Source: Octopus sinensis (Eukaryota). Taken from it: a stretch of 64,000 nt of DNA. Of the stretch, positions 60,042 through 64,000 are shown piece after piece. Both the position numbers and the translations under genes were made by a program. Each line of letters opens with the position of its first letter. Position 1 is the first letter of the stretch. The notes under the pieces are model-generated. The model saw nothing but the letters and a program-made list of their open reading frames with translations, had not been told where the DNA came from and did not search any database. Location: NCBI RefSeq assembly GCF_006345805.1, contig NC_043015.1, forward strand, positions 16,864,001-16,928,000. Direction: 5' to 3'.

Positions 60042-61597
60042 CTACAATGAAAAAACAAAAAAAAATCAGATTTATTATAGAATTAGAAATTTCATTATAT
60101 TTTAATTGATAAATTTCAATAGTAAAGAGAATCAAAAACAAGCTATAAATAGTTTATCATGATTATGCATAAATTTAGGTAATGAAATTGATACTGGATC
60201 TAAACTGCTTGTTTCAAATACAAGTTAGTTAGAAAGTATGGCACTGAAAGTAGTAAAATGCAACCTGAGAATTCAAGAAAACTAGTAGTGAAATAGAATG
60301 AAAAATAGCCAAATTGTGATTAATCAGGTAAAAAAAAAAAATAACAGAAGGAAAATCTAAGTACTTCTCCCTCAATGCACATTTAAATTAAAAAAACAAG
60401 CAACTGAAATTTTTTGAAAATATAAATGATGTAGATGGTGTGGTCACCTAACAAACAATAGATGCATGGTTTGAGTCCACTCAAAGAGCCTGTTTTTCTT
60501 TTTTTCATCTCCAACAGGTACTATGTCTAACATCATTTAACACTGAACAATTAATTCATTCATAAAATGAGTAATTAACTATGAAGAAAGACAGCTTGAT
60601 CTCAGTTGTATAAAATCAGGTTACTCTAAATGTAATTCAATAATTAAGACACATTGGAGAAATTTATCATTATCTATATCTGGTATATCCCGATGCAAAA
60701 CATACTAGCTATTCCTTAATATAGGAGTGGAAGTAGAAAAGCACAAAAAGCTGTGTAATTAAGACGTTCACTTCCCAATTACATGATTCTGAGTTCAATC
60801 TCACTCAGGTAAAAGTTTTCTGGCATAACCTTGAGTTGACTAATATCTTTTGAGTAAAATTTGATAGAAACTATGTGGCAGCCTGTTATGTATCTTTTGC
60901 TGGAGGATATCAGCACATGATGTAAACATTGGCAACAAAAACAAAAAGATTTTTCAAAGTCTCTTGTGATATTTGTTCTGAACTGGGCTACACACATTCT
61001 CTCAATCATTTCACCATCAGAAATGCAGAGAACCAATAACTGACTGACTGGAAACCTGTAACCAACAATGTTACAGTTCACTGATAACAATATAAAATAA
61101 TAAATAAATGAGGGAGTGAAGTTAAGAGTAATGCAGGGTAAGGCAAAGGAAGAGGTGGTTTGAGAAAATCAGTAAAGCAAACAAAATAGGAAAAAATTAG
61201 AATATGAGTGAGAAGATGGTGTTTAAGAGATAAGGAGAAAAAATTGTAGGTACAAGGAACACATGACAAACACCAACTGTACCCAGAAAACTATTTTAAA
61301 ATATTTCAGTAAAAAAACACTCACAGATTTCTTAATTAAAGAGTAGTGATACGAGGAGTGAGGGCCCGAGAGAGAAGCAAGATGACTGAAGGAAACTAGG
61401 AATTGGAGAGGGAAAGTAAAAAGAGATGATGCCACAAGCAAAATAAAAGTCACATCTAGAGCTATTAGTATAAGGGTGCTTAAAAAAATTTTAATTTGAC
61501 AGTTTTCATTAAAAAAAAGAAACAACATCCCATCCCAAAATAAAACTATTTTTAAAAAATCAAAAAATATCAACTAGATTATCGCTGAGAGTTAAGT

Positions 61598-62190
61598 CTA
61601 CTCAAAGTAACTGCCCTCTGCTTTCACCATGGCCTCAAAATGACTCCACAACCCAGCACATGTTCCTCACTGTGTCCATGGGAAGATCTTCAAACACTTT
61701 CTTAATTTTGGCCACCAGCTTGGCCTTGTGCCACAGACAGAGCAGTTGATGTCTTTCTCAACCAAGTCCCAGACAGTAATCCATGGGAAAACAGTCGAGG
61801 GAATTAGGAGGCTAGAAATTGGGACTGGAGAAGTTGTAAAAATTTTATCTCTTTCCAAAGATATGGCAAGGAGCCAAATCCTGTAGCTACACATATGGCC
61901 TTCCAGCAGCTTCATAAAGCCATAAGAATTGAGCCTTAGGCCCTGTTCAAAGATGTGGGGATGAATTCTGATGTGAGGATGCAGTCAGAACACCTGTGTC
62001 CCTTCCTGCTGGTCATGGCTTCATGTCACTGTTGCAGCTTTTACAGTTTCACAGAGCATTGAGCAGCAGTCATCATGTCGACACTTTGATATCCAGCATG
62101 AATCATCATGATACTGGTAACTCTTTTCCAATATTCAGATGGCTTCCAATTCTCCATATCAACTAACTTTTTCTCAACTACAATTTTAGT
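61598..62190 (-). mobile_element. maT/DD37D transposase remnant (second family)
   Basis: GRPYV..QDLAPCH...PPNSLDCFPMDY.VWDLVEKD...EAMVKAEGSYFE*. Confidence 0.8.
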
Positions 62191-63082
62191 CTTTATGTTC
62201 TCCAATATTGTTGACTGTTCACCAATACATCAAGTTGCTCCTGAAAAAAGGAGACAAAAAAAAGTGTCGAATTTAACCTGAATACTCTGTATAGAAACAT
62301 AGACAAATGTGGGAGTGTATTCACCCACATTTAAATGCCTACACACACATCAACATTTACAGAGCATAGGTCATTAATGAAGTAGAGAAAGGGAGAAAAT
62401 ATTTGCGCTGGCCTTCATAGAAGATTGCTGTATGTATATTTTCATAAATTGCAGGCAAAGGTTTTTGGATTGAAGATAGGACTCTTTTCCATGTGTTTGC
62501 AATTGCCAATTGAAACATAGTGTTAAAAATCATTACAGTATGAGAAGTGATCAATAGAGTGGTTGAGCTACAGGTTTGAGCACTTCTTGGGCATTGTTAT
62601 TGACATCCAATAGAATTGGTTATGCAACTAGTACCACATAACACTTATGTACAGTACATAGGGTTTGAATGGTATGATATTAGAGATAGTCAAATCTCCT
62701 CCCTTTGCCTGGTTTGAGGTATTGATTCTTTCTACTTTCCCTTCTCTAATTCTTGCTTCCTCCTCTTTTGTTCTACTCACTGACTCTCTCACACCACACT
62801 TCTCAAACACATCTAACATACACCTATTCCTCACTTGAAGAGAGAATCTCTTTGTTACTAGCAGAGGTAACAGCTCACAGAATTTTTTTCTACCTTGTTC
62901 TTATTCTCACTACCCATACACATTAAATACGTGAAATTAATCTGGCAATCATTCCCCAGCCTTTCAGTAGCTGCCCTCAAATGCTATTGAATATTTATCA
63001 CATATATTATAGCTGGGTACTTGTGTATGATTTTTTGATGTGTGTAGAACAAAATGCACAAATAACAAGTCAGCTCACTTAA

Positions 63083-64000
63083 CCCTTTACCTGGCAAAGA
63101 GGAATTAACTTGTCTTCACCTAATTTGTCTTTTTCAGAGTGCGACGAGTAAACTCATCCAAAACATAATTTCAAAAATAGCCAGACGAGTTCATATGTCA
63201 ATTCTCAGCATTTCTCAGTTTTTATGTTTTTTTTTTGTTTTTTTACAAATTATGCCCAGATGTCAAGCTCAGAAGATGACAATGAATATGAACCTTCTAT
63301 TAGAAGCTTAGATACATCAGATAATGGCTATTCTCTCTCAAGTGATGAAGAGAAGGATGGACGAATTTGGTGTTGACATGTGGTGTTGGAAGAATGCATG
63401 CTTCCTCCACCACCACACTTCCCATTCACTGGGAATCTTGGAACATTAATTGATCAAGACACAGCTGATATGATTCCTTTGGATTTTTTTTAGTCCTTTT
63501 TGTGACAACAGAATTATTGATTGAGTTGTGGATTAAACTAATCGCCTTGCTGAACAAACTGGAGAAAGAGATTGTATGTGGCACCCTGTAACAAAGGCAG
63601 AAATGTGTGTGTTTCTTCACCTTGAAAATGCTTGGGAGTGTTGTGAAAATACCAGATCAAGAAATGAACTGGTTGAAAGATGAACTACTTTTTCGGAATT
63701 GAAACACCATAATAAAATTTAAAAAATATCTTCCTTTTGTGAATAATGAAATTTTTGATGCAGAAACACATTCTAACACAAAATTGTATGAAGTTTAGTG
63801 AGAATTTTATAAAGTGTTATACCCCTAACCAAGATTTATCTATAGACGAAAGCCTTATGTTGTTCAAGATGGGTGCAGTACATACCTCTAAAAAGGATGA
63901 GGTTTGGAGTGGAGTATTTTCTTTTTGCGTCAAGGAAAGACTGGATATGTGTGTAGGGTAATCATTTATGTTGGCAATTGAACACAGTTTGATTCAGAAT
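63083..64000 (+). mobile_element. piggyBac transposon, decayed, runs off the window
   Basis: TTAA at 63079-63082 then CCCTTT; YTPNQDLSIDESLMLFK and QYIPLKR.RFG motifs. Confidence 0.85.

Noticed and set aside
60779-61090. 103 aa minus-strand ORF
   Set aside because: No ATG start, no THOP similarity and no motif I recognise; left unclassified
60042-64000. Search for the missing THOP N-terminal exon(s)
   Set aside because: No minus-strand segment with suitable splice sites and THOP-like translation was found; the strong acceptor near 62242 leads into stops and a maT remnant. The exons probably lie beyond the window.

Overview
AT-rich eukaryotic genomic DNA. The SINE, RTE and microsatellite landscape looks like an octopus or other coleoid cephalopod; this is inferred from repeat content only. 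Two intron-rich genes lie head-to-tail on the minus strand, and I reconstructed both by hand from GT-AG boundaries and reading phase. (1) A thimet oligopeptidase/neurolysin (M3A) gene has 16 exons from 60041 down to the TAA at 30610 (1839 nt, 612 aa). HEFGH, the third Zn ligand Glu and the catalytic Tyr positions are intact. The N-terminal ~70 aa were not found and probably lie beyond 64000. (2) The 5' part of an ATAD2/ATAD2B-like gene has 6 exons from the ATG at 26293 down to 1465; its AAA and bromodomain exons must lie left of base 1. Introns are filled with decayed transposons: piggyBac and its MITEs, Chapaev3, Tc1, mariner, two maT/DD37D, pogo, Helitron, R4/Dong, many RTE-type LINE pieces, an L1/Tx1-like ORF1 and two tRNA-derived SINE families. 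Most supplied ORFs are spurious or TE-derived. Best leads: a remodelled substrate-gating loop in an otherwise intact oligopeptidase; an unexplained 191-codon antisense frame with a single TGA; a near-perfect 84-bp intronic foldback; a 53-nt templated insertion copied from a nearby Tc1 end; a hammerhead-like motif in a (TA)n-embedded repeat; and an E2F+CHR pair upstream of ATAD2. I found no clearly demonstrable new multi-gene system. No database searches were run, so family names rest on motif recognition.
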